DNA from: Lobosporangium transversale
Lineage: Eukaryota
DNA: 64,000 nucleotides
Direction of reading: 5' to 3'
NCBI RefSeq assembly: GCF_002105155.1
Contig: NW_019029013.1
Coordinates: 372,001 to 436,000, forward strand
This document shows, piece by piece, positions 51,585-63,800 of this stretch. Every line of letters begins with the position of its first letter. Position 1 is the first letter of the stretch. The position numbers and the translations under genes are program-made. A model generated the notes under the pieces. The model worked only from the letters and a program-made list of their open reading frames with translations, searched no databases and was not told the origin of the DNA.

Positions 51585-53304
51585 GTGAAGACATAGCAGA
51601 AAGAACAAAAAAAAAAAAAAAAAAAAAAAGAAAAAGAAAAGCTTGACATATCCCCAAGGGACTGATGGTGGTTTTACTTCAAGGTTGATCGTTTCAGAAC
51701 CTTTTTGGTAAGTCCGAAGCATATTTTAACGACTACGCCATTGATACCTACTCCCTTTTCCTCTTTGTCAATCTCTTTTCCACAAAGCTGGGAAAGCAAA
51801 AAGCAAAGGAAGCAATGTCAGTCCATCAACATTTCCCTTGATTTCCTCATGGCAAGCTCATTGTCACACGAAGAACAGATCATCAAGCATATGATATCGG
51901 ACAATAACACATTACACGGGAACCTTACTGTTGGCGTGACATGGATCGTGCATTTTTATTCTTTTTTTCCTTTTTTTTCTTGGATTTGGGCTCGGGGTAA
52001 CGGGACTGTTGTTGCACAACTGGATTTTAAAAAGTAAACGACTCTGTGCAACCAAATAACAAACAACAAGACACCGCACCACACATTGCTCTGGGAGAAT
52101 GGTTGAGACTAATGAACAAACAATTCAAACCCAACAACATCCATCATGCAACAGACATACATATTTTAACACAAACACATAATGCATGCCAAATGGCCAA
52201 GGTCCATCATTATATCATCCACATCGTTTGTGAAGCATATGCATGCAGCAATCATGTGTGCGGTGTACCTTTTCATCGTCCTCCCCATCCCCTATCATCC
52301 ACTGTTCCTCCCGCACCTACCATGTATCATCAACCCATATATACTTTTTACTAACATCAACTTTTTTTTATTTTTATTCATCTCCTTTAGTGTCGAGAAT
52401 CGATCATAATGACCATTGCACTATCATCATCCCTCCGCGGGATTTCCTCTACTTTCCCAATTTTTTATTTTTTTTTTTCTTTTTGTTTCTTTTTAGTTTC
52501 TTTACGTTTCTGTTTTCTTTTCTTTGCAAGCATAATCTTCTCCTTATAATATCATTAATTCTCTTTTTTTTGCTAAAAAAAAAAAATTACAAAAGAACAA
52601 AAAACAAAAAAAAAAAATCTGTTGTATCTTAAAAGCCATTTCTTCACTAATAGCCTTCCCTTCCCTTACCTCTCATGAGAGGATGCAACAACATACTGTC
52701 TTTTTAGTTTCTCCATACAACTCTACTAATAACTAATAGTACTTCCAAATAATAATAAAAAAATATATAAAAAAAAAAAAAAGTTGTTCATTTGTCTGTT
52801 GATTGGTTTATTCATGTTATGGAAGTATGAAGATGACATGTGTTTATGGTCGTGATTGTGTGTGCAACAGGATTACTTTTTAAAGGTCATCTGAAAAGCT
52901 TCCTTGCTTTATTTACTCATAAGATTTATTTGCAGTAACTTTTTTTTTTTTTTTACTCAGGGAAAAAAAAAAAAAAAAAAAAAAACGTATGGGCAAGATG
53001 TTTGCCAATCATGTCGGATGTTTTTATTATTTGTTCTATGGTTTTACATTATTTTACACCCCTAGGCTCCTAGCGCCACAAGGGCTGCACCATAGAAGAA
53101 ATCCACCACTCAATGGAAGGTAAAAGATGAAGGAAAAAAAAAAAAAAAAAAAAAAAAAAAACGCGTTTTTGAAAGCTTAGATACATGGGAATCCAAGAGT
53201 GTGCCTGTGATTTATAGAGTTAACCCCTTAATTAGACTAGGAGAGAGATTAAATTGAGCACTCAACTGCGGCTACTTTGAAAACTCCTTTCAAAACTTAA
53301 CAAA

Positions 53305-53849
53305 ATGGTTCGTGACTGTCTGGATTATTGAATAACGCATTCACAGCGTGTGGAGGCGGAGAGAGAAAGAGGAAGTAATTCAGGATGGGGAAAATATCCA
53401 CAAAGGAGAGCAAGAAGAAAAGCAGCGCATCCATCGATCAAATGTATAGCAAAATTATCAATCAACATAGCTATGTTACATTGATATATTGGAAAAGGAA
53501 AAGGGAAAGAAAGCGAACAAGGAGCAGTAGAAGAAAAAAAAAAAAAAAAGCCCGATGATGGAGCATGTCTTTATAACGGCCAACCAACAATCATGGAGGA
53601 AATGAAAAGAGTTAATGAAACAGGAATCTAGAACGATTCATTTCCTTTCATATCATCAGAAGTGGAGTTCACAACCTCGACATTGTTTTGTTAAATCTGT
53701 TGGATTCGGTCTTTCCAGCGCAAATTCGTTTCACGAAGACCCACCCTCGAATCACAACTTTGTCTATTACAAGTCGGGAGGGGAGTTTTTTTATTCTCTC
53801 TTTCAACAGAGACCAGTGCTCTCGAGTTTGCAATAGGATTTCGATGAGG

Positions 53850-53884
<35 letters not shown>

Positions 53885-54628
53885 ATTCTTTTGGGAGACA
53901 GCTCTGGAGCTGAGGACCAATAATCCAATCATAAGGAAAGAATCGATGAATGGAGCTCGAAATAGTCAATTCGATGAAAGCTTTCATTAACTTGGAGAGC
54001 TTTTTTTACATCGGCTACAGACAACCTTTTTTTCGGCACTGGCTAAAAAAATACGCTCAAACACTCACAACTGTACATTTTTATGTCCATAAAAACAGTA
54101 ACTTATCGAAGTTTTTTTTTTTTTTTTTTTTTTTTAATTTTCTTTACTTTTGTTTAAATGGGACCTGATTAGGCTGACGAACACCACGATGACGCTGCCG
54201 TCGATGTGAAGAAGAAGAGAACGTTCCGCAAGTTCTCTTACCGCGGTATTGACCTCGATAAGCTCTTGGACCTGTCCTCTGAGCAGTTGATGGATTTGGT
54301 GAACGCCCGCCCTCGCAGACGTTTCCAACGCGGTCTTAAGCGCAAGCCCATGGGTTTGATCAAGAAGCTCCGTCAGGCCAAGAAGGATGCTCCAGCCTTG
54401 GAGAAGCCCGCTGTGGTCAAGACTCATCTTCGTAACATGATTGTTGTCCCTGAGATGATTGGCTCCATTGTGGGTGTCTACAACGGAAAGACTTTCAACC
54501 AGATTGAAATCAAGCCTGAGATGATCGGTCACTACTTGGGAGAGTTCTCCATCACCTACAAGCCCGTCAAGCACGGTCGTCCCGGTATTGGTGCTACTCA
54601 CTCATCTCGCTTCATCCCTCTCAAGTAA
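53305..54628 (+). CDS. RPS15: 40S ribosomal protein S15 (uS19); exon 1 coding = ATG only (53305-53307), exon 2 54173-54628
   Basis: '[20 protein letters not shown]...[17 protein letters not shown]...[32 protein letters not shown]'. Branch ctgat plus tag acceptor at 54172; caaaATG|gttcgt donor at 53308 (exon 1 inferred). Confidence 0.95.
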
Positions 54629-55397
54629 AAAAAAAAAAAAAGACAGATTTTTTTACTTGTTTTATTTCAATACATGACATTTTTTTTGAGAAAAAAACGA
54701 CATTACCGTTGAGGTGGATTTTGTTTCTTTTTGAGTGATACAGCCAAGTGTTCACTACAGAAATAAACACTTTTCCTTATGCTCCCAGAAGAGACACAGC
54801 AAGGTCGGCACAATAGGCTCCAAGCTTGTATGGACACTTTTTTTTTTTTGTTTACACAAGTCCTATTGAGTTTGTTAGATACATGATAGCGGCCTTTTTT
54901 TTTTTTTTTTTTTTTTTTACTTTCTTTTACAATGCCAACAATTATGAAGACATGAAATGTATTGCTTGGCCTTCAGCTTTACCTTGGAATGAATCTTTGC
55001 GGTCCTTTTTGTCAATGTTTAGAGGCAGGGTGGTAAAACAACCTTTAGAAGAGTGGGAGGAGATTAAGATATCGATGATAACATTAGCAGCTTCATTTCG
55101 CAGTTGACACGCGTTGATTTATTTGAGACAGTAGATCAGCCTTTGGAAAAAATTTTACTTTAACTACCTCCCCTTGCAAGGAGCCCTTGAATGACTAAGG
55201 AACCTGATTTTCTTGTGATGATCTGTTACTGAGCTAGATATGAGTGATGGTGGTGCCCAACAAAACTGGGAAGTGCTACTTCCACTTAGCCATAATCCAG
55301 TGACAACAAATGATTGGGTCTTGTGCGGGGTTGTATTATAAATGTTTAGTTTAATTCATGATCTCTATAGTCTACATACTCTATCATGATGTTATCA

Positions 55398-55427
<30 letters not shown>

Positions 55428-55431
<4 letters not shown>

Positions 55432-58400
55432 CTTTCTTCATCATAACGTGGTAAAGTTTCTTCATGCCATAGTAACAGATTCGCAACCTGTTCTTTAGTG
55501 CCCCACCGCTCTTCTCCTGCAATGAAATCTGGACGGACTACCTTGGATCGCATCAGTAGCCGATCATTCTGATCGACCCGAAAGTACAACCCCTCAACAC
55601 GTTCCTGTTGCCTTTTTGCTTGTGTACACACCGAAGTTTGATCTACTTTTTTCTCTTCTTCCTCTTTCTCTTGTTCACTACGGCGCATCAATGCTGATCG
55701 GGATTGAAGCATTTCAATAGTCCATTGTAGCGTTTTTTTTACATCTCCATATACATCCTCTGGGATCTGAATGATCGGGTTGAGTGTCAACTGTGTCTTG
55801 GCTACTGCAGATCGGAAGAGCTTTCGAGATACGAATGTCCCTGTTTTAACATCGTATAGATCAAAAGGTACAAACCACGACTTAAGACCTGTGTACTCGA
55901 CTGAATGTTTTGCATAGAGCCATTCACCATAAAGGACATAGGGCGCCAGACCGTCTTGAAGAACTCTGTCCTCATCCACATATTCATTCTCATCCTCATC
56001 TTCTTCATCTTCCCAGGATCCATCATCATCGCCATTCGTAACGTCCCCAGCCGAAGCAGAACTGGTCCTGTCGTAAACATTACTATGCTCTGATGCTTCA
56101 TCTTCGCTCTCTGAGTCCTCTCTCTCCTCCTCTGCTTCTACTCCCTGTTCTTTGTTTCCCCTTGGGTCGTTATCATCAAATCGCCAACGGCCTTCACAGA
56201 GATACAGGATGTCCTCCCTATGTTTGTCTAACCAACTGTTCAGTTTCTTAAACTGCCAATGATCATCTGGATGTACAAAGTGGTTCCTGTTTTGGACTCG
56301 GATCTTGGGTGGTGGCCCAGGGGCTGTAATGCCTGCAAATCCGTTCATGGTTTTGAAATGCACTACACTGAACCCAATGTTAGCACCATCCATCTTTTCT
56401 TCTACCGTTAGGACCTGGTGCGGTTTAGGCACAAAGTATTGGTATAAGGCTGAGGGCGGTAGAAGTAAATCTGATCGACTAATGGCTGAATTCTTTTCTT
56501 CAGATGCAACAACGGATGGTGATAAAAACAGATCCGCGATATGATCAGTTTTTTGCGCCAGACTCTGTCGTATCGTTAGCGGATCGAATAGATGAGGCGT
56601 TCTCGGATATTTCTGCATGGGTCGGTCATAATTGATTAGTGGCGTCGCAAACGAGACGCCCCTGGGAGAGGCAGATTCCTGTCCTTGGCTTTGGATCTGA
56701 TTTGTGGACAATATTGTGGTATCAACAGAAGGGCTCTTCCAGTTACCCTTAATAGGTTTCTTGACCGCTGGTCGGTGCCCGGTTAAAGATGCAAATCGCA
56801 ATGCTTTGGAAGATGATAAATCCAAAAAAGATACATCTGGAAGTAAAATTTGAGATGAAAACTGTGGATTGCTGTCTTCCTTTTGATCATTAGCATCGCC
56901 ACCGGCTTTACCGGCCTCTCTTAAGTTATGGCTTTTACTCTCATGAGTAAAACCATCGTAACCACCGTTACCGTGATTATCGTCCTCTTCAACGTCTTCA
57001 TCCTCCTCTTCCACACTCTCCATGCTTACAGGTGATAATACTTTTGCATCGCCACTTTCTGGTGATGTTAAAGATGATATAGTAGAAAAAGTTGTCGCCA
57101 TGCTCACAACAGTAGCGGCAGTGCCATTAGACTTTCGCTGCAGCGCCTTGGTAGGAATAAAAGCTGGCCTAGTCTTGATGGCGAGTTTCGTTTCCACTCC
57201 ATTCGTTGACGTCCTAAGTTTAGCTGGGGCATCCGCTGCAAACTTTTTCATAATTTGCAACAATTGATCAATCCCTTCATCGTCCCCAACTTCTACTAGA
57301 GTCTTACACCAGTTCCCTTCCTTATTCAAATTCGGAAACTCAAATCCTTTTGCAAAACTACGAACGACCTTGTCCCCTTTTCCAGCTTCCACGGTTGGAT
57401 GGTTTTCTCTCGAGTCCACACGTTTAATACACTGCTCAATATTCCTCGAGAACCAGACCATGGCCGTCTCATCGGGCTGGAACGCGAGCTCATACCATTC
57501 CTTCCGTTCTGCCATGGTTGGGTTGCATCGATCGATAAAGACGGTCATCGGTAAAGCCTTGCCAGGCCCACGGACCGCAAGCGATTGCTGCTGACGTCTC
57601 ATATTCTGCGCCAGTAGCCTCTCACAGACTGCGCGTGACCCTAACTCATCCTGTGAAATACGCTCAAAATGCTCTGGAAACCCTTGCATCAAAGTTGTGA
57701 CTAGATGACTCTTACCACTTCCAGGTAATCCTACAAGGATAACCAATTTCGGTGCGGATACCAAGGGTGCTCCGGAAATATGGAATGAAGGGCGTTCCTT
57801 CGAGTTTTTTCCATGGCCACCGCTGCCACCGCCATTCTTTTTAGACTTTTGACCCCGCTGAAGCTGTCGAGCACGCATATTATGTTGGACAATCAAATGA
57901 TGCTGATGGTGTTGTGAACCAGGGATCTTTATGATCTTCTCTGGCGGGGGTGGCACAAATGTGTGTGCAGGTTCCAGAGATATTTTGCGAGGGCCCTTCT
58001 TGCCCTTCTTTCCAGGCTTTCTACCTCCCCTGGCATAGTCATCGTCTGATAATTCATCTCCTTCATCTTCTGCGCCAGCAGCGGCGTTTACAGGTGGAGT
58101 CGATGACGAAGAGGGTTTTGGTTTAGGTGGGTGATCTCTCTTTGCTTCTTTCTTAGCCTTGGTAGTGACGGAAGTAGTAGTGTTTGATTCAGATTTAGAA
58201 TCGAGTCCTCCTCCATCTCCCTGCCCTACTCCAGGGACATGGTCATGGTCAGATACGGTTATATCTGAAGAAGAGCTAATGTTAGTACCTCTCGATGAGC
58301 TCGATCGCGCAGATCTGGAGGAGGACTGCCTCCAAAGCCAATCACCATAAGCTTTGACTGCTTTCTCTTGTTCAACGCTCTCGATACTTCCCGGTCGCAA

Positions 58401-59888
58401 CTCTCTCAAATACGCTATCGCATCTTTAGCCGTCATCATAGGTTGAAATCGGTTCAGACATTCACTCCTCTGAACGGAGTATCCTACAAAAGTCCACTCC
58501 TTTAGTGACTCCAATTCATCATCATTTTCATCTTCCTCAAGCAAAAAAGAACAGCATTTCCCTGGAAGCGTTGCAGCAACTGTTTCCTGATTTCCAAGCC
58601 CCTTGCGGAAATAATCCAAATCATATGGATGCACATTATTGTGCTTGATGCATTCTGTACAGTATCCATGGGCCTCATGACCCAACGCTCCAAATCGGAT
58701 CAGGTAAGCCGCTAGAACAATACCCGCCCTGCCTTTTCCTCCTCCACAATGAATTAATGTCGCTCTCTGATGAGGGTATTCTGGCGGTGTCAATAGTTCT
58801 GGGTTGGGTATCTCAACACCGTCTGCCATATCTGCCGTTGTTGTTGTTGTTGTTGCACATCCAGTGCGTATGCACCATCCCATTAACACCTCAAAAACCT
58901 CTGGGAATCCAGGCGCTTTTCGATTCTCGACTGGTACAAATGCATTCCTGATCAGTTTCGGGACTGATGTTGGAGAAATTTGTTCATCTCGTTTCTGTTG
59001 TTGTTGTCCATGAGAAGACTGATGGTGGAACCATGTTGGCGATAAGGGTGATTCTCGGATAAGGGTGATCACCAATCGGAACCCTGCCTGTTCCAATGCA
59101 TCTATATCCTGCTCATTCCTCGGGATTGAACAACCTGCGACTGAACATGAGTGCGTCACGTTCAGATACGAAAAAAACCGAGGCATGTTATGAGGTGTTT
59201 TCTTTTGTGGCCACAGAGTTGCCTGCCAAGAGGATGATATGCTTGAATTGCCTAGAAGCGTAGTCTGCTGAATCTGAACCTGACGCTCCCACGCAAGTAG
59301 AGTCTCGTTTTTGTGAGACCTTTGTACAACAAGCGAACGGCGTGTATTGATAGCAATTGAGGCATTTGTCGCAAAAATAATGGCTAATATGTTATGATAG
59401 AGGTGTTTTTGAGGTGAATTGAGTGAGAGATAGTAACGCTGTGGAGGTCCTAAAGAGGTGAGTGTATCCTGACCGGATGGAAGGATGTCAATCCGGATAT
59501 TGATCTGTCGACTGAGGTAGCAGAGTGCTGTAATGATGTATGTTTGGATCGGAAGGATTGTCTCTGCATTAATGATGTTTGAACCCAAGTGATCTGGGGG
59601 AAAGACCAGATCGATAATAGGCTCGTCTGCCTGAACATCAAGATCCAATTCCTGTTCCAGGTCGAGACCATTTGCCAAAACGTCCAATGAAGCTCGGAGC
59701 TCCACATCTGGGGAAATTGAAGAAGAAGAAGGTGAAAGTAGAAATGAGGTTGTTTCCAATACTGCGGACCAGAAGAGAATAGAGGAGTCGAAGAAATCCG
59801 CATCCTTGAAAGCAGCAGCAGCGTTAGTGAGAGTCAGTTCCAATGAGCCATTCAGGGCGGCAGAGAGGCTTTGATTATTATTTGCCAT
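55428..59888 (-). CDS. Multidomain RNA end-healing/sealing protein: PTP/DSP phosphatase + P-loop polynucleotide-kinase-like + RNA ligase (Swiss-Army-Knife type), intronless
   Basis: HCGGGKGRAG (CX5R) at 58751-58722; GLPGSGKS...ISQD...IDRCN...R at ~57731-57500; ligase KYPRTPHL, EEKMDGAN (motif I), QNR, LYGEW, FVPFD, EGLY, RSKVVRPDF. Confidence 0.88.
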
Positions 59889-60811
59889 TTTACGATAGAT
59901 TTCTTTTTTTTTTTTTTTGCAATATCAAAAAGGCGCAATTGACTTGAACGGTTTGCTGTATCTTTGCGTTGTAACTTGTTCGAGATTTAGACAGAAGCAC
60001 ACATGAAGAAACATATACACAGTTATGCTATTGACATGTCATAAAAGACCATTCAAAGTCAAAGATAAGAAAGAAAAATATGACGCATTTCAAGATGAAT
60101 ACCACTTGTTATAATATTTAAAAGAATTGACAGTTTTTCCTACTTATGGGAATCTGACATACAAAAAAAGAAAGAATAGGGCTATTGCTAACAAGCTACA
60201 GTTTACCTACCAAATGGCTAGATAAAGTAAACAAGAATGGAAATTGCTCTGTAATCAGACGTAGGGGGAATCAAAGCACAGATGAAATATGATTCGGGAG
60301 GTGGGGCGAGAATGAGACGAGATTTGTTGATGAAGATGACTGAGATTCTTCTTTTCCCAGTCATTTTTAAAGTTGGATGGTGTCACCAGTGCGGCAGTAC
60401 AGTCACGCCTGCCCTTGAGAAGAGAGCAACAAAGACTTGTGTGTGTTTATCTTTCTTTTCACTTGTGCGACGTATTCAACTAGGGAAAAGCTTGGGATAT
60501 TTGAGCATGTTCTCCATCAAGCTTTTGAATCCAAGACCAAGATTATTTTTTTTTAGAAACATCTGTTAATATCTGTTATCAAGCTACACCATAGTTTGAT
60601 GTTTAAAGTAATATTTTAATTTGTTCGCAGTTACAAACAAATATATCAATGCAAACGACATGTCATGAAGGTTGTATGTAGGGAATAATGATAAAAAAAG
60701 AGATCAAAAAGGCAAAGTGAAAACAAATCTTCACTTGCTTACAATCAATATACTAAAAAATAATAAAAATATGCAAAAGAGATGCTACTATGATAAAGAA
60801 TTCCTGATCCT

Positions 60812-63800
60812 TTAACGTCTGCTAGGCTTGCCTAGTTTGCGCTTATCGGACTTGCTCTTATTAGTCAGACTCAGTCCTTCTTTGGTTCCTTTACGCAACG
60901 AGGTCAGTGGTACGTATGCATAAGGATCTACACGTCCCTTCTTCTTCACATCTCCTCCTGCCTTCTTGGCCTTGAACTCTTGTCCAATCTTCTTGACTTG
61001 CTTTGGATCCTTTGCACCCTTTCGACGAATAGGTCCAACACCCCCTTGAATGTCCATGTCCATATCCTCATTTTCATTATTACCCAATGCTCCACGCTTA
61101 TTAGTCTTGTTGAACCTAATCTTTCCACCTTGACCACGTGTGAAACCATCTACAGATTTTAATGACTCCAGGTAATTGTTCTCTGCTTGATCCAACTCCA
61201 TCGTCTCTTGATCCATCTCTTCTTCCTCATCCACATTATTCTCGTTATCAGAGTCACTATCATCAATGACAAGCCTGCCATCCGACGATGTCTTAAAGGA
61301 CGATGCAAGGTCCTTAACCTTGCGTGTCGTCTGTGAGCTTGGGTGGGATGCCGTGACACGCGAGACCACAGTGCGGTCCAAGAAATCCAACGGAGTATCG
61401 CCTTCCTCCTTGATCCAGGCATCAGCTCCCTGCTTCTTCTTATTGGACTTCTTTGCAGTAGCCTTGTTACCCTTATTGCCACCTTCCTGATCATCATCCT
61501 CATCCTCATCCTCGTCATCACTGAGGTCACTCTCACTACCATATAAAGCATCTTCGTATGCATTTCCAAACTTCGCTTGTTGCTTGGCTGTCTTCTTGGT
61601 ATCATCCTCTGCTTCATTCTCTTCACCATCCATATCCATGCCTGAGGCGCTATTGTTCTTCTTATTACGCTTAGCACGCTCACGACGCTTCTTGATGTTG
61701 ATCAACAATTTCTTGTCAGCCTCTGGTACGTACGCGACTACTTCATCATATCCGAAACGACGGACTAGACGTTCCAAAATGTGACGCACTTTGACCTTAA
61801 AATGTCCCTTGTGTTCATGAGACCAACGGATCATACCACTGACAATCTCCTGCAAGTGCTGACGGACAACCGCGGCATCCAAGCTGACGGTCGTCACTTT
61901 GATAAAGCCCAGAGCAGACTTCACAATCTCACGATTGGATGAGTTCACGAATAGGTGCATGGTTCCAATCATCTCTGAAACCATAGCAGGCTCTAAATCC
62001 TTATGGAACTCAAATAGTAGGCGTGACAGTGATGTGATTGCAGCAGAAACCATGTGAGGGGTTGTACCAGCCAAACCAGCGGTCACCATGGTGAAATACT
62101 CACTGATGCTGGCTTGAGTCTCACTAGGTGCACCCTCCATATCGCCGACACGCTCTGTCGAGATGATTCCGCCAGCCTTCATTTTGTTTCCCATAGCTAC
62201 CAAGAGCGCATACGCAATATCTCGAGTCTTCTCATTCACTTCCTTAGTAGCCACAACAACCTCAGACAGAATTGAAGGAACGAAATACAAGTCGGTAGGA
62301 TCCAATAGAGAAACTACCTGCCCAATCAATGACAGACGAGCACGTTTAGCTGTAGCTGTAGCAGCAGCAGTGGTCTCGAGAATCGTGCGTATCAGCTCCT
62401 CAAGGTTTGATTTCAACACAGTGCGGCCAGTTTCGGTCTCTGTCATTGAGTTGACAATCTTGTAAGCCTTCTTCTGGAGAGCAGGATCGGCATCGTTGGC
62501 AAACAAGTTGACAACTGCCTCGTACAGGCTGATCAAGCTGGGTCCATCGACATATGCAACCATGATATCAGCAAGGTCCATCAAGTTGTGTGATGCAGGA
62601 GGTGCATCTCCTTGTTGAGCAGGACTCTGGACAGTCGTTAAAGCCGTATTAAGTTGAGCCAAGACAGCCAAGAAAGTCTCTTGCAAATCCTTAGGGGTTG
62701 AAATGCTTAAATACATTCTCATGACTTCTAACAGGTATCCACGGAACTGCGGCAGAGTAGCCTGGAAGATGTTGAAGAAAACCATGAGGTAAGGACGAGC
62801 ATACTGCTGCAATAATGTAATATTGTTCCTGGCCTCGTCCTTGCTCATCAAATACTTGCGTTCCAAGACTGCATCACTTTCTGAGCTGTCGATAATAGCC
62901 TGGTTGCGTACAACCAAGCTCGTCAAGGCTTGACAGAGGACTGCTCGAAGATCTGGGACAGAGTAGAGAACGTTGCTGAAGCGCTCCGCAAGCTCCTTCG
63001 TGAAAGCCATCTCCATATCCACGGGCAGGTCGCAGAATCCGCTTACAAGACTCCAGATCTGACCAATCAAAGTCTCGTAAACCTTTTTCATCATACCATT
63101 CTCAGTACATTCCTGAGCCTTGAGATTAAGACGATCAGCCAGAGGAATCAGTGTACTGGAAAAGTACTCTAACTCTGTGTTGGTGATCGAGTTTTTGAGA
63201 AGGGGCAACAGCCATGCGCGACCACGCTTACCCTCCCCAGGATTTTCAATGTTGAGAGGAAGAGTGTCGAGGAAGATACGGGGGCCAACAGTGCTGATTG
63301 CAGTTGACAAGACAACATCCAAATGGGCCTTTTGGGTGAATGCAGGAGTGAAGCGAAGCTCGTCAATGATGGGAAGGAATGAAACAAGCAAGGGGTTAGC
63401 GGCGTGGTTGAGCCGCTCGAATAGAGTCTTGAGGATATCCAAAATGCCCAACCAAGCGCTCTGAAAACGAATATCGAATCCGCCCTTAATAGTGGTTGAA
63501 ATAGTTTCAATAATGCTCCTTTTTTTCTTGTCAGATTGCAATCCACGGTTCTTCTTCATCTCTTGTACTGCAATATCGATCATCCTATCCGTGATACAAT
63601 GGGTGATGAGCTGCTTTAGACAGTCAACAGTTGAATTATGAACAGAGACGGGATTAGACGAATCCAGATTGGGAAAGATGGTTTTAAAGAGCTGGACAAG
63701 AGGGACTGCAGCTTCCTGAGGCACCTGTGCTCCATGGCCTGCCGCCCTCATAGAATCTTGTAATCTCGCCGACTCGACAAATCCTGCACGAACAACATCC

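Noticed and set aside
50455..51722. Several overlapping ORFs around the acidic protein
   Set aside because: Off-frame and antisense shadows of a strongly codon-biased CDS.
54134..54601. 155-aa minus-strand ORF
   Set aside because: Antisense to RPS15.
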